The notes beneath the pieces were generated by a model. That model had not been told where the DNA came from, did no database searches, and worked only from the letters and a program-made list of their open reading frames with translations. A stretch of 47,486 bases of DNA, taken from Octopus bimaculoides. Lineage: Eukaryota. Below are positions 26,206 through 37,894 of the stretch, piece by piece. Position numbers and translations under genes: made by a program. The stretch is from contig NC_068981.1 in NCBI RefSeq assembly GCF_001194135.2, positions 189,981,602 to 190,029,087 on the forward strand. Direction: 5' to 3'. Position 1 is the first letter of the stretch. The number at the start of each line of letters is the position of its first letter.

Positions 26206-26936
26206 ACTAGTTTGTTTTTAAATACATACACGTGCACCTCTGTATCAACTGTGACTAAGCCATATTACCGATGCTCCAACTACGGCCAGATCGTTTGTCT
26301 TTGTGATCAGCTTATATAGATATATGTCAGCCAAACAACCCTGTATTTTCAAGACGGCAGAGTAGAATTTTAGGCAGGTTATATTAGTACAGGCATGCTG
26401 ATCAACCGTGGTGAAGCTTCACTGTTAGTTCGTATTAACATATCTGTATATTAGTATAAATTTGTAGTAAGCAACAACATATGTTCTGCTAAATTTTAAT
26501 AAGGTGACAGGCGACTGAGTAATGTGAGAGGTAGGATAATAAATTCGTTGCTTAAATCATAAATTCGTGGTTAGACAGATAAAAGATCGAGCACAACATT
26601 ATGAAACTGTACTTGGTTTTGGAAGACTATGACAACATTCACAACTTTATTATCATGTGTTTTATACTGTATGTCAGCAACCAGTACACTACAGCCTCAA
26701 AGTTTTGTGGATCCTGTGAAAATGAACTATATGTTATCTCCACTGAAACAACGGACACTTAAATGACAAGATCAGAGTTAATTTCACCGTGCACTCAGGA
26801 AAACAAATTCATGTTTCCAGGCCTAAACAGAACTACTGAGTATGACGAGAAAATTGAATTGCAAACATCCGAAAATGTAAAGTGTCTACAAAGTTAAAAA
26901 GTCATCCATTCGTAAAGTGAACTGAAGGAAGTGTGC

Positions 26937-26976
<40 letters not shown>

Positions 26977-27230
26977 GCGCCTGTGTACTTAAAACATAGT
27001 GTGATACCGAAGAAATTGTATCTGGCTATTAAAGATGTGCAAAACTTTTTCTTTGGCTTCTTATTTGGATATATTCATACATACATACAAACAAAAATAT
27101 TCTATTGCTGATCTTGAAATTCCAATGAAAGAGCCTTGAATCTAGGTTAGTAACCGACTCTTTCTCTATTGGCAAGAAAACCTGAAATAAAACTGAACAA
27201 TTATACATACATACACACATGCATACAAAC

Positions 27231-27265
<35 letters not shown>

Positions 27266-28149
27266 TAGATATAAATATAGATATTGATATATCCGTTACT
27301 AAATTCTGTGATTTTGCCAAAATAGCTCTATTGAATATTACTAGTCAAATAACATTACTTAAATTTCTCGTTCTTCTCACTTCCTTATGTTTTTTTTCTT
27401 TCTTCCTTCTTTTAATCCTAATTTCTCTCTACATTTATATTCTCCACTCCTGTACTTTCTACACATTCTGATTGAATCTTACATGTGTTAACGTGTACCT
27501 CCTTGCAACAATATAAACTTTTATTTAACCAGGACATCCTTGGCCTGAAGAGTAGCCTGCGGTATACACCTCGCTTGGATATTTACCACTTTTGAAGTTC
27601 CGCTCGCTATGAAGCATATATAGCCTGGATCGTATCTACTCCATTCCTTAACTCTTGTACACACACACACACATATATGGACATATATGGACATATATAT
27701 TCATACATATTAACTATATATTCATATATATTTGTATATGCATCATTGTCCGACTCTGTGAGTATATACATATACATGTATGCGTGCGGGTGTGTTGAAA
27801 TGCACTGACAAGAAATTAAATCTACTAATTAAGACATGTATGGGGACCAATTTTTGCATTTGCAATTTACTGATTATGTGATTTTCTTATTGATTTTCGA
27901 CAGTTTGATCTTACATTAGATGCAAAGACGGCCATGTGTTTTTATGCGTATCTATTCAAGGATCAAAATACATCTTGATATGCAAAGAACAGTGCAAGAA
28001 CAATATATTGTTGGGAAAGCATGTGGTGACTATTAAAAAAATCTTTCAATATCTTATCCTACCGTGCACTCGATATCATTTCCATATAATTACTTTAACC
28101 TCTAAGTAACAGCAGGAAAATATTACCCATGTATTCGCAAACACCAAAG

Positions 28150-28196
<47 letters not shown>

Positions 28197-28963
28197 TTAA
28201 ATGCTCATCAGTCTTTATTTTGGGAACCTTGCACTAAGATACACCAATGACATATAATGAAACATTAAGAAGATATTTAGTGCTTACAAATATAACAGCG
28301 TTTTCATATGAATAGTTTACGGTTCTTGATATTTCCCCATTGGTATATAAATAATGTTCTTTATTTTCTTTCAAAGAAAATATTAGATTTTTATAGATAA
28401 TAGTTTTTATAATTGCAATATTTTCTCGGAGAATGAATATAAATGATCATCTTATGAACGTAAACAAAAATAAACTGAATTTAGTTTAAAGCTACATTTT
28501 AATAGTAATTACATTTACAATGTAAATTCAAAAACTTCTAGTCGTCTTAAAATTTCTGATTTTTAACTCATCGATATAATCTCTGCATGGTATCATTCTT
28601 AGGATTCGGGAATGTGCAAAGACCAAGCTTTAAGTCAGTTGGAACTAAATTCAATATGGTTAGTTCGATCTTTGTCTTGTTTAGTAAATTTGATTAAGGG
28701 GATTTTTACGCTGCCTTAATTAATTCAAGAATTACAAAAATTTCGATCAACAATGTCACTAAGTTTTATAATAGCCAATTATCTTGCAATTGAGAATTGT
28801 AATATTCACAAAATTATCTCATAGAATAAACACTTCTTTTCCTGTTCGATGAAGGAGCATCTACATAAGAAACTGGCGTGCTAGAAATACCAATCAAATT
28901 TCCTTCAAATCCAACATGCATTATCTTAAAAAATGAAAAGCGATTTCATAATGTAGTTATATG

Positions 28964-29190
28964 TATTGGGTTGGTGCATAATTGTTGCGGCTTTTTTTCA
29001 ACAAATTTTATTCTACAAAAACAATAACAATATTTAACAAAAACATCTTTAAATGACGGTCTGACCGTCTGCCAAGCAAATGGGAAGCAGTAAGTGAAGT
29101 AGATGGTGAATATGCTCCAGAATAATCATTTAAAGATGTTCTTGTGCAATATATTGGGTTGGTGCAATAATTATGCACCAACCCGATATA
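28964..29190. mobile_element. Mariner-derived fold-back MITE
   Basis: TIR tattgggttggtgca; stub DRLPSKWEAVSEVDGEYAPE* (29063-29125) resembles a mariner transposase C-terminus. Confidence 0.75.
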
Positions 29191-30084
29191 TAATTATGAT
29201 ATATTCTATTAAGAATGTGGTACAGTATAAAGCCTACCCACATTCAGGTTTCACCCTGTGCTATCCACTAGTAGTAGTATTATACGTACTTCCAGATTTG
29301 TGTTGGGGCTTCTGTCGTGTGTGAATAGATAATTGAAAAAATTTGGGGTCAGCTAGAAGGAGTACGGTTGGACATTTATTTTCAATCTCTACAATTGTTT
29401 CTGCGCAACGCAGTTTTCCAGACGCGTAGGTACTTGATTATGAAACCGTTTCCTTGCATTATGAGATCTAGTTGTGTTTCCTCAGGCGATATGTAAATAT
29501 TGTCTCCGTAAGTTCACATTCTCAGCTTCAAAATCATCTTCTCTATCTATCATGGCCTGAATTTAGTTGTAGTTACTGAGTTTATCAGGATGTGTTGTTG
29601 CTGAAGGACTCTGGTTTGAATGTGTAGACGTCGTGATTCTGCTGTTGTTAAAGTGGTTGCCATTTGAAAGGCATTGGCATGCGATTTATATATATATATA
29701 TATAATGTAGTTATATATATTGTATCCAAAAGTGAAACTGCAGGCATGGTTAGAATAGCTTTCTTCTATTCAATTAACGTTGACTTGGTGTTAACAACCA
29801 TTTTCCTTTTGTGTCACATGAAATTAGGTTTTTGGGCAGAAATGAAGTTACACATTTAAACTCTATCATTTATACTGTATCACTTCATATGCTTTACTCT
29901 GTGTAACTGAAACTGAAAAACAATCTCACCTGAACTTTGAAGAAAGGAATAATAAACAAAAGCAGATGTCGGGGGGTCTAAGTAAGTACTGCTATCCGAC
30001 GCATATATAACTTTGATAACTCCCCCAGAATTATTTATTGCCGTTGTGACAAAATATGAAGCTATTATTAATTATTATCCTGAG

Positions 30085-30290
30085 GTTGTGAGCTGGTAGA
30101 ATCGTTAGTACGCCGGGCGAAATGTTTAACGGTATTTCGTCTGCCGCTACGTTCTGAGTTCAAATTCCGCCGACGTCGACTTTGCCTTTAATCCTTTCGG
30201 GGTCGATAAATTAAGTACCAATCAAGTACTGGCGTCGATGTAATCGACTATACCCCACCCCCAAAATTTCAAAGCCGTGTACCTTCAGTA
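30085..30290 (+). mobile_element. SINE family B
   Basis: gtgagctggtagaatcgttagtacgccgggcg...gagttcaaattccgcc. Confidence 0.85.
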
Positions 30291-31034
30291 GGAGGGATTA
30301 TGAATTGTTATCCTTTAAACTGTATGAAAGAATTCAGGAGTGCAGACCAGTAGAAGTTTCATATGTAAATAATCTTGCTGAAATAAAAGAATCAGTCCGA
30401 CAGTTAGAGGGAATTTCTAAAATCCAAACGAAGTCAAACACGATTAAATTGAAGAAACTATATTATCACTATGGAAACGACCATGTTCCTTCTATAGAGG
30501 AGAATATATATTTTATACAAGTGTGTAAATAATGAGTCGAATTATATATCCCTTTCTGTCAAGAATGTCACATATCCATTCGATAGAATTCGATAAAATA
30601 AGTAGACGAGTGAAAGAAATTCTAGAATGGAAACGATTAGTTAAAATATGTGAAGGCTGTGCCCCAGCATGGCCGTAGTACAATGACTAAAATAAAGAAA
30701 GTAATGATAGTGAAAGAATCAACAACGGCAATTGTGGTTGTGGGATCCAAGGAAGTTATTTATTTGAATTTTGTCACAGTTTCTATTGTTCCAAGCAGAG
30801 ACAATAAAATAATTATCTGCATTCAATGTTTGTCGATTGTATCTGCTAAGTTCCGTGTGCTGGGTTGTAAACATTGCTGTCAAGGCTGAAGTCAGTGGTT
30901 TTGGAACCAATTGTATAAATATAGATAACGAAAGATAGTTTAAGCACAGCTTTGGGAAAAACGATTGTTTACAGAAAGTTATTGTTTGACGGAAGATATA
31001 TCAACATTGGATTTAGAGTTCTAGATATACCCAC

Positions 31035-31121
31035 GGGTATATGGCATAGTGGTTAAGAGTGCGGGCTACTAACCGCAAGAGTTCGATTCCAGGCAGTGAT
31101 GGAAAAATAATAATTTTTTTA

Positions 31122-31176
<55 letters not shown>

Positions 31177-31447
31177 CTCACTGCCTGGAATCGAACTCGG
31201 AATTTGGGGGTTAGTAGCCCACACTTTTAACCCCAAGATTCGAATTTCGATTCTAAGCAGTGACCAGAATAATCATAATAATAATGATTATAACATCAAA
31301 AAATACCTTAGGAATGAGAACCCAGGTTCGAAATTTCTCCAAGACACCTGATGAAGGCTGGAGGGTATATCAGCCGAAACGTTGTGTTGTCAACAAACAA
31401 GATGAGGACAAATATCCATCAAATGTAAATAATGTAAATAATGAACA
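31035..31447 (+). mobile_element. Family C element with full tRNA-like head, inverted head copy and intact hammerhead tail
   Basis: A-box TGGCATAGTGG (31042-31052), B-box GTTCGATTCC (31081-31090); inverted head about 31120-31230; tail about 31292-31447. Confidence 0.8.
31343..31388 (+). ncRNA. Minimal type-I hammerhead ribozyme motif, intact core
   Basis: GACAC-CTGATGA-A-GGCTG-gagggtatat-CAGCC-GAAAC-GT-T-GTGTT; predicted cut between 31383 and 31384. Confidence 0.7.
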
Positions 31448-32355
31448 TTTGATTTGTATGAACGAAATCATGTGGCTGCAGGCAGGGATGTGTGTGATTA
31501 AGGGTCACTTCTCAACACTGTGGCTTCACGCTCAATCCCACAGCTCAGTTTGGAGGTGAATTAGCAGAATTGGTAGAATGAGGAGTAGAATTCCAAGCAT
31601 TATTGAGTTATGTTCTTTTGTATTTTGGGTTCGAGTCCTATCGATATCTACTTTAACTTTTTATTCACTCGATGTCGATAAGATTAAATACCAATCAAAA
31701 ACTAGACTCAATATAATCAATTATGCCCTCCTTTAAAATTTGTGACCTTGTGGTTAATCCTTCGCTGCCATATTTCTGTTGAAATGCATCACTTTTGTTT
31801 CAATTAATTTTTAAAACATTGAGGAATTTAATAAAACAACTTGGTCGTTACGTCATATGTAAAGAAACATAAGTTTTTTTTTTTGAAGCGTTGAAATGTA
31901 TTGTAGAACAAGTAGAAATTTTTCTGCTCTTAAAAAGATTTTCTCCTTTGTATAAACTGTTCAGTATCTTTGCGTTGAAAAAAAAATCATGTCAACTTGG
32001 TCGTCATTAACCCTGACTAGAATATTACCCGTCATATGACGGGTAACTTTGGAAGTATACTTTTGCTCCCGTGGGTAATATTAGGTATTAGGACATTCAC
32101 ACAATACTTATAATGGTGCTACTCTGGCGCGAGATCTACAACCTAAAGGGCAATTATTTTAGGTTACTTTATAGTTTACTTCTTAATTTCTAAAAACCCG
32201 TAACTGTTAACTAAAGAGTTTTTTTATAATAAATTCCTTTGTATACACTTAGCATTGTAAATGTTTTTTTTCTTCAAAATTCTTACTGTTTTAATAACAA
32301 TGTTTTATTTATGTTTTAATGAATGATAATAAGAAACCAACAATAAACAATATAC

Positions 32356-32587
32356 TATTGGGTTGTCCGGAAAGTTCGTGCCGATTTGCAAAGGAAAGAA
32401 AAAGGTCAATAAAAACTTGCCATTACATTTTTAATCAACCAAATACGAACCATTTTGTTGCACAATGCGTCTCCATCTTTCCTTTAACTTGAAAATACCC
32501 TCTTCCCAGAATTGAGGTGGTTTCATGGCAAATAAGTCGAAAGGTAAGCTACTATAAATCGGCACGAACTTTCCGGACAACCCAATA
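32356..32587 (-). mobile_element. Non-autonomous mariner element (internal deletion derivative)
   Basis: Perfect 30-bp TIRs (32358-32387 and 32556-32585) flanked by TA; minus frame KPPQFWEEGIFKLKERWRRIVQQNGSYLVD* is a mariner transposase C-terminus. Confidence 0.9.
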
Positions 32588-32889
32588 GCAGTAAGAGCAC
32601 TCAGAGAGCGCAAACTTCCACCAAGGCAACACTAACATCCTCTCAATGATTAACCAGAGATGATTTTTAAAATGGGAATATCTGAAATAAACTCGACAGC
32701 TCTCACAAACGACAATACTAAAAATGAACCCCGATCACTCTCCGAAGTTAAGTAAAAAAAAAAAAAACAGGAAAAATAATCCAGAATCCTTGACCGGTAA
32801 AAAAACACACACACNNNNNNNNNNNNNNNNNNNNNNNNNNNNNNNNNNNNNNNNNNNNNNNNNNNNNNNNNNNNNNNNNNNNNNNNNNA

Positions 32890-33063
32890 TATATACATAT
32901 GTACGACGGGCTTTTTTCAGTTTCCGTCTATCAAATCCACTCACAAGGATTTGGTCGGCCCGAGGCTATAGTGGAAGACACTTGCCCAAGGTGCTACGCA
33001 GTGGGATTGAACCCGGAATCATGTGGTTGGTATGCAAGCTACTTACCACACAGCCCTCCTGCG
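32890..33063 (-). mobile_element. SINE family A, 5' half
   Basis: Reverse complement of the family A head; ends at a gap. Confidence 0.85.
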
Positions 33064-33659
33064 CCGTATATAGAAGTATATTATCTGCTTCCTGTTTCTT
33101 GGGTGCCTTTTGTAGAATACGCTCCATTGGAAATATTTACACCGTGTCTCAGGTTCACGGATAAATTCTTCCCTTCCAATCAGCCTCGATAGAATCATGT
33201 GCGCTGCCATTTCTTCCTCTGGCCAGGAAAATGTCCTCTAAAAATCAGTAAATATATGTTTGGTTTGATGCATCCAAAACGCGTTGATGTGAGCAACTGA
33301 AAGAGAATCAGTGAGCATTTATGAGATGCAAAGCTTCCTTTAAATCAGTTTACCTCGAGGATCTGACATTAGTGGAGCCATAATTAGCAGACTTAAATTT
33401 CAATACAATTAAAGACAACTGGTTCTAGCTAGGTGTTAACACAAACTCAAACATTAAAATTTAGAGGAATATAAGACGATAAGCAAGAATTGATTGGTTA
33501 AATCTATCAATACTTTTCACAATATCATTTTCATACTCTAGAAATAGAGAAATAACATTTTATACTGTAAATTACGACTGAATTCCCGAAGTTTTAAATG
33601 ATTCCAGGAATAGAATACCGTAAAATCAAAGGTCCCAACATTCAGTAAAGATAACAACA

Positions 33660-33672
33660 ACAACGACAGAAA

Positions 33673-33754
<82 letters not shown>
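33660..33754. repeat. (CAG)n/(TAG)n microsatellite
   Basis: Directly visible. Confidence 0.95.
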
Positions 33755-33773
33755 TTGGAATTGACATGAGTAA

Positions 33774-33974
33774 GTCCGAAAAACAGTTCTATTGGGGACA
33801 ACAAGGATTTCGAGATTGATGCTTGGGTGATGAGAGTCTTCCTCGGTAAGTTACCAGGTACCAAAGCTAATAGTTTGCGGATAGAGAGCCCGTGAGACCT
33901 CTGACGAGTTGCTGTCCGCTCTCACAGAATCAACCAGGGCAAGTAAGACCGAGAGCTCTGAGAAGTAAAATATT

Positions 33975-34007
<33 letters not shown>

Positions 34008-34022
34008 GCAACAACAACAACA
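33774..34022 (+). mobile_element. Extreme 3' end of an R4/Dong-type LINE with (CAA)n tail
   Basis: VRKTVLLGTTRISRLMLG* (33774-33830) resembles the RLE-clade terminal motif xQKxxLLGTARIL; followed by a UTR and a (CAA)n tail. Confidence 0.55.
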
Positions 34023-34495
34023 AATGCCCGGATGCAGTACCAGGCAGTGGCTCTCATGGCTTTTGATCTTATTTGATTGGAAGTGTTATCATGTGCATTG
34101 CTTTGTCTTGGGCTAAAGCAAATATTCTGCTGAATACCACAGATTTGCTTGTCAGTTGTTTGACCTTAACCAGTTGAGCATGTCCCTTGGTGGCTGACGA
34201 TAAGTGCATCTCTGATCACGAGCAGAAGTAGTGGGGGAGCATCATAGCCATGTGTTGAGAGGAATTCTTTGGGGTTTGAATAATTCACCTTTGGAAACAT
34301 GGGTGTTTTGCTCAACATCCTTAAACGAACCTTATTCAGGGACCTTTTGAGCGGGATGGGCTACTCGACCTGAAGGAAATTCTAACTGGGCCCCCACCTG
34401 TTTATCTTGATATGAGATCACCATGTCGCGCACATATGGTTGTGATGCATGTGCCTGGTGTATCCTTATCAGACGGGTAGTCATGATGGGTATTA
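34023..34495. repeat. Unclassified GC-richer interspersed repeat
   Basis: Distinct composition, bounded by a microsatellite and a SINE; recognised from memory as a common octopus repeat, and only one copy is present here. Confidence 0.4.
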
Positions 34496-34504
34496 TGACG
34501 GGTT

Positions 34505-34805
34505 TGTAACATTTCGCCCGGCGTGCTAACGATTCTGCCAGCTCGCCGCCCTGTTTGAAGGAAATATTTATTTCTTTATTGCCCACAGGAGGCTAAATAA
34601 ACATAGAGGGGACAAACAAGGACAGACAAACGAATTAAGTCGATTACATCGATCCAGTGCGTAACTGGTACTTATTTATATTCGACTCCGAATGAATGAA
34701 AGGCAAAGTGGACCTCAGCGGATTTTGAACTCAGAACGTAACGGCAGACGAGATACTGCTAAGCATTTCGCCTGGCGTGGTAACGTTTCTGCCAGCTCAC
34801 CGCCC
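34505..34805 (-). mobile_element. SINE family B head fragment plus a full B1 copy
   Basis: ctgccagctcgccgcc at about 34535-34550 and ctgccagctcaccgcc at about 34790-34804. Confidence 0.85.
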
Positions 34806-34867
34806 TATTTCAAGGAAATATTTCAACTAAAACCAGTATTCTATATTTCAAACCTGTCCAGTAAAGA

Positions 34868-34905
<38 letters not shown>

Positions 34906-35404
34906 GATTAGATATCGTTGAACTAGAGAAAGACACTAAACCTTGAATGGCAATAGATGCAGCCTGTTCACGTGACATAAGGGTGAAAGAAGAAGAGAAA
35001 GGGAGGGAGTAATGAGTAAATACGCGGAGCTAAAGTGAAGATTTAAAAGGCTTTCGATCCGCAAAAAGTCATTCTTCTTAGAATACAGTGTGCGGAATTA
35101 TCACTAAATGGCTTTGCATGATTAGCATAACAATTAACTTCGTAAATCCTCTGAAAGCATGTCTCCTCAGAAGAGCAAGAATTTTAAGGTATGTGTTCAT
35201 TGTCTGATAACAACGGGCAGCGGCTTAATGGTCAGCAAACAAAAGCGACAACATCACCAGCACTATAATTGCGCAAATATTTAATGATGCCGATGCTGCT
35301 GATGCTGATGATGATGATGATGATGATGATGAGGAGGAGGAGGAGGAGGAGGAGGAGGAGGATAACAATTTGTGATTTCTAAACACACACACATACCCAC
35401 ACAC

Positions 35405-35680
35405 ATATAAGTGAAGGTATTTTGGTTGGGGTATTCACCTCACGATTGTAACGTTGTAAGTTCGATTCCTGGCTGAGCGTTGTATCCTTGAGCAAGACAT
35501 ATCTCACGTTGCTCTTGTCCACTTGGGTGGCAAAAATGAGTTGCAACTGTATTTGATAGGACCGGTCTTGACGCATTCTGTGGAGTACCCAACCACTTGC
35601 ACATGAATGTGACAAGCAGGCTGTTCTGTTGAATTAGATCCACTGGAAACCTCATTGCGATAAGCCGATGTAGCACCAGT
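35405..35680 (+). mobile_element. SINE family F, diverged
   Basis: aagttcgattcctggc...ccttgagcaagacat...aaaaatgagttg. Confidence 0.65.
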
Positions 35681-35714
35681 TTTATACACACACACACACA
35701 CACACACTCACGCT

Positions 35715-35768
<54 letters not shown>

Positions 35769-37894
35769 TTTTCATTTGTCTTGTTCGCTTACGTTTCGGC
35801 AGTTGCTGAATTTTCTTGAGAACAATCTTTTCTTAGTGGTCTTCTTGTAGCACAATGGATGTCCACTTAGTGGTCATCCCTCTATATGTATGTAATATAA
35901 TTTTTCTGAATCTTCAGATTTTTCAGTATGCTAGGACACTGGTTTTAAATTGATATTAATCAAATTAATATTCAATTTTTCACCCTTATTATTTAAATTT
36001 AAATAACCATGTTCTCTAACCGGCAAAATTCACTGCAGAGAATTATTTTCTGCAAAATTATTTCCGGTATTTTGGCGCGCCAAAACGAAGACTTTTGAAA
36101 TATAACCCCAAATGTAATTGGTAGAACTATAAACATGCTCAATCTCATGCAGACGTCTCGTGTATAGATCTGCAAATTATATTGCTATGACGATCACACT
36201 GATGAATTGCGGACATTTACGTAAGTAATTACGTAAGCGGTAACAACGAAACCAGGTTTGTGATTAATCTTTATATTTTGTATCTTTTCATTTGTCTTGG
36301 CCGCTTACGTTCTGGTGTTTGCTGAGTTTTCTTGAGAACAATATTTTCTTAGTGGTCAGACCATAGGTGGTTTCTTCTAGCATAATGAATGTCCNNNNNN
36401 NNNNNNNNNNNNNNNNNNNNNNNNNNNNNNNNNNNNNNNNNNNNNNNNNNNNNNNNNNNNNNNNNNNNNNNNNNNNNNNNNNNNNNNNNNNNNNNNNNNN
36501 NNNNNNNNNNNNNNNNNNNNNNNNNNNNNNNNNNNNNNNNNNNNNNNNNNNNNNNNNNNNNNNNNNNNNNNNNNNNNNNNNNNNNNNNNNNNNNNNNNNN
36601 NNNNNNNNNNNNNNNNNNNNNNNNNNNNNNNNNNNNNNNNNNNNNNNNNNNNNNNNNNNNNNNNNNNNNNNNNNNNNNNNNNNNNNNNNNNNNNNNNNNN
36701 NNNNNNNNNNNNNNNNNNNNNNNNNNNNNNNNNNNNNNNNNNNNNNNNNNNNNNNNNNNNNNNNNNNNNNNNNNNNNNNNNNNNNNNNNNNNNNNNNNNN
36801 NNNNNNNNNNNNNNNNNNNNNNNNNNNNNNNNNNNNNNNNNNNNNNNNNNNNNNNNNNNNNNNNNNNNNNNNNNNNNNNNNNNNNNNNNNNNNNNNNNNN
36901 NNNNNNNNNNNNNNNNNNNNNNNNNNNNNNNNAAGAAAATACTAAAATAGACAACTTTTACATTTTATATTTTCATGCATTAACCTTTTACATTTCCGTT
37001 TAGAAAAACAACTTTACAAAGCTATTAGTTAAAGCTTCTCCTCATTATTGATATTGTTCGATGCTCCAAGCTCTGTTCACACTAACCACGGTGTTCGGTT
37101 TGGAAAGTGAATTTGGGGCATTTTCAATTTGAAAGAATATTCATATGCCTAGAATTGATTCATGGCAACCCATCACCAAACGGATGAAATGAATGATGCA
37201 ATGCAGCAATACAGATTATGTCTAATGCAAACAAACAAGACAATAAGACTATGGAACAAGGAAGTTCCACTGCTTACGTTGATGAATATTTTAAACAGAA
37301 TTTTAAGCATGGAATCCATGAACTTGCAATGCTTAATTTAACATGTCGTTCAACATTGAAAAAAAGACGATCTATTTTAAAATGATTAAAATTCACTTAT
37401 ATAGAATGATCCATTAGTTAAAAAGTTATCAGTGACTGAATTATTCTTGGAACACCACGTCCTAATTAAATTTATTGATCTATGATAGAGTTTCAACAAG
37501 CTAAATACCCGGTTGAATTTGAATACGTCTATGAGTTATAAACCCCTTGAAATTTCTTAATACAACATTATGCTGTTTTATTCACAGTCATTCAAAGTAC
37601 TTTCTTTCGTTTCTTCATAAGGACTAAACTGGTTACCACTTTTATCAGTTGCATCTAGTGAAGTCCATGTTGAAGTGAACAACCTAAGCAACTGAAATTT
37701 AAATATATTTCAACAATATATCTTTCTTTGCACTAAGAAAGACATCAGAAATATAGCCATCTTACTGCTCTTTGATATAACAGCCATAAAATAAATACAA
37801 CATATTTAATATACGTTAAAAAATACACAAATATTACATCAAATGAACAGATTCTGCTTGAAGAGCCGTTTTTTTTCTACAATAAATAACGATT

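Noticed and set aside
29380-29680. GC-richer island with short minus-strand frames
   Set aside because: Frames are interrupted by stops and no family is recognised.
31035-31100. Possible tRNA gene (anticodon-like loop CTACTAA)
   Set aside because: T-arm region partly deleted, no acceptor-stem closure, and embedded in a repeat; treated as a SINE head.
33880-33940. CTGACGA inside the hairpin gagagc...gctctc
   Set aside because: No stem II/GAAA arrangement follows; probably just a LINE 3' UTR stem-loop.
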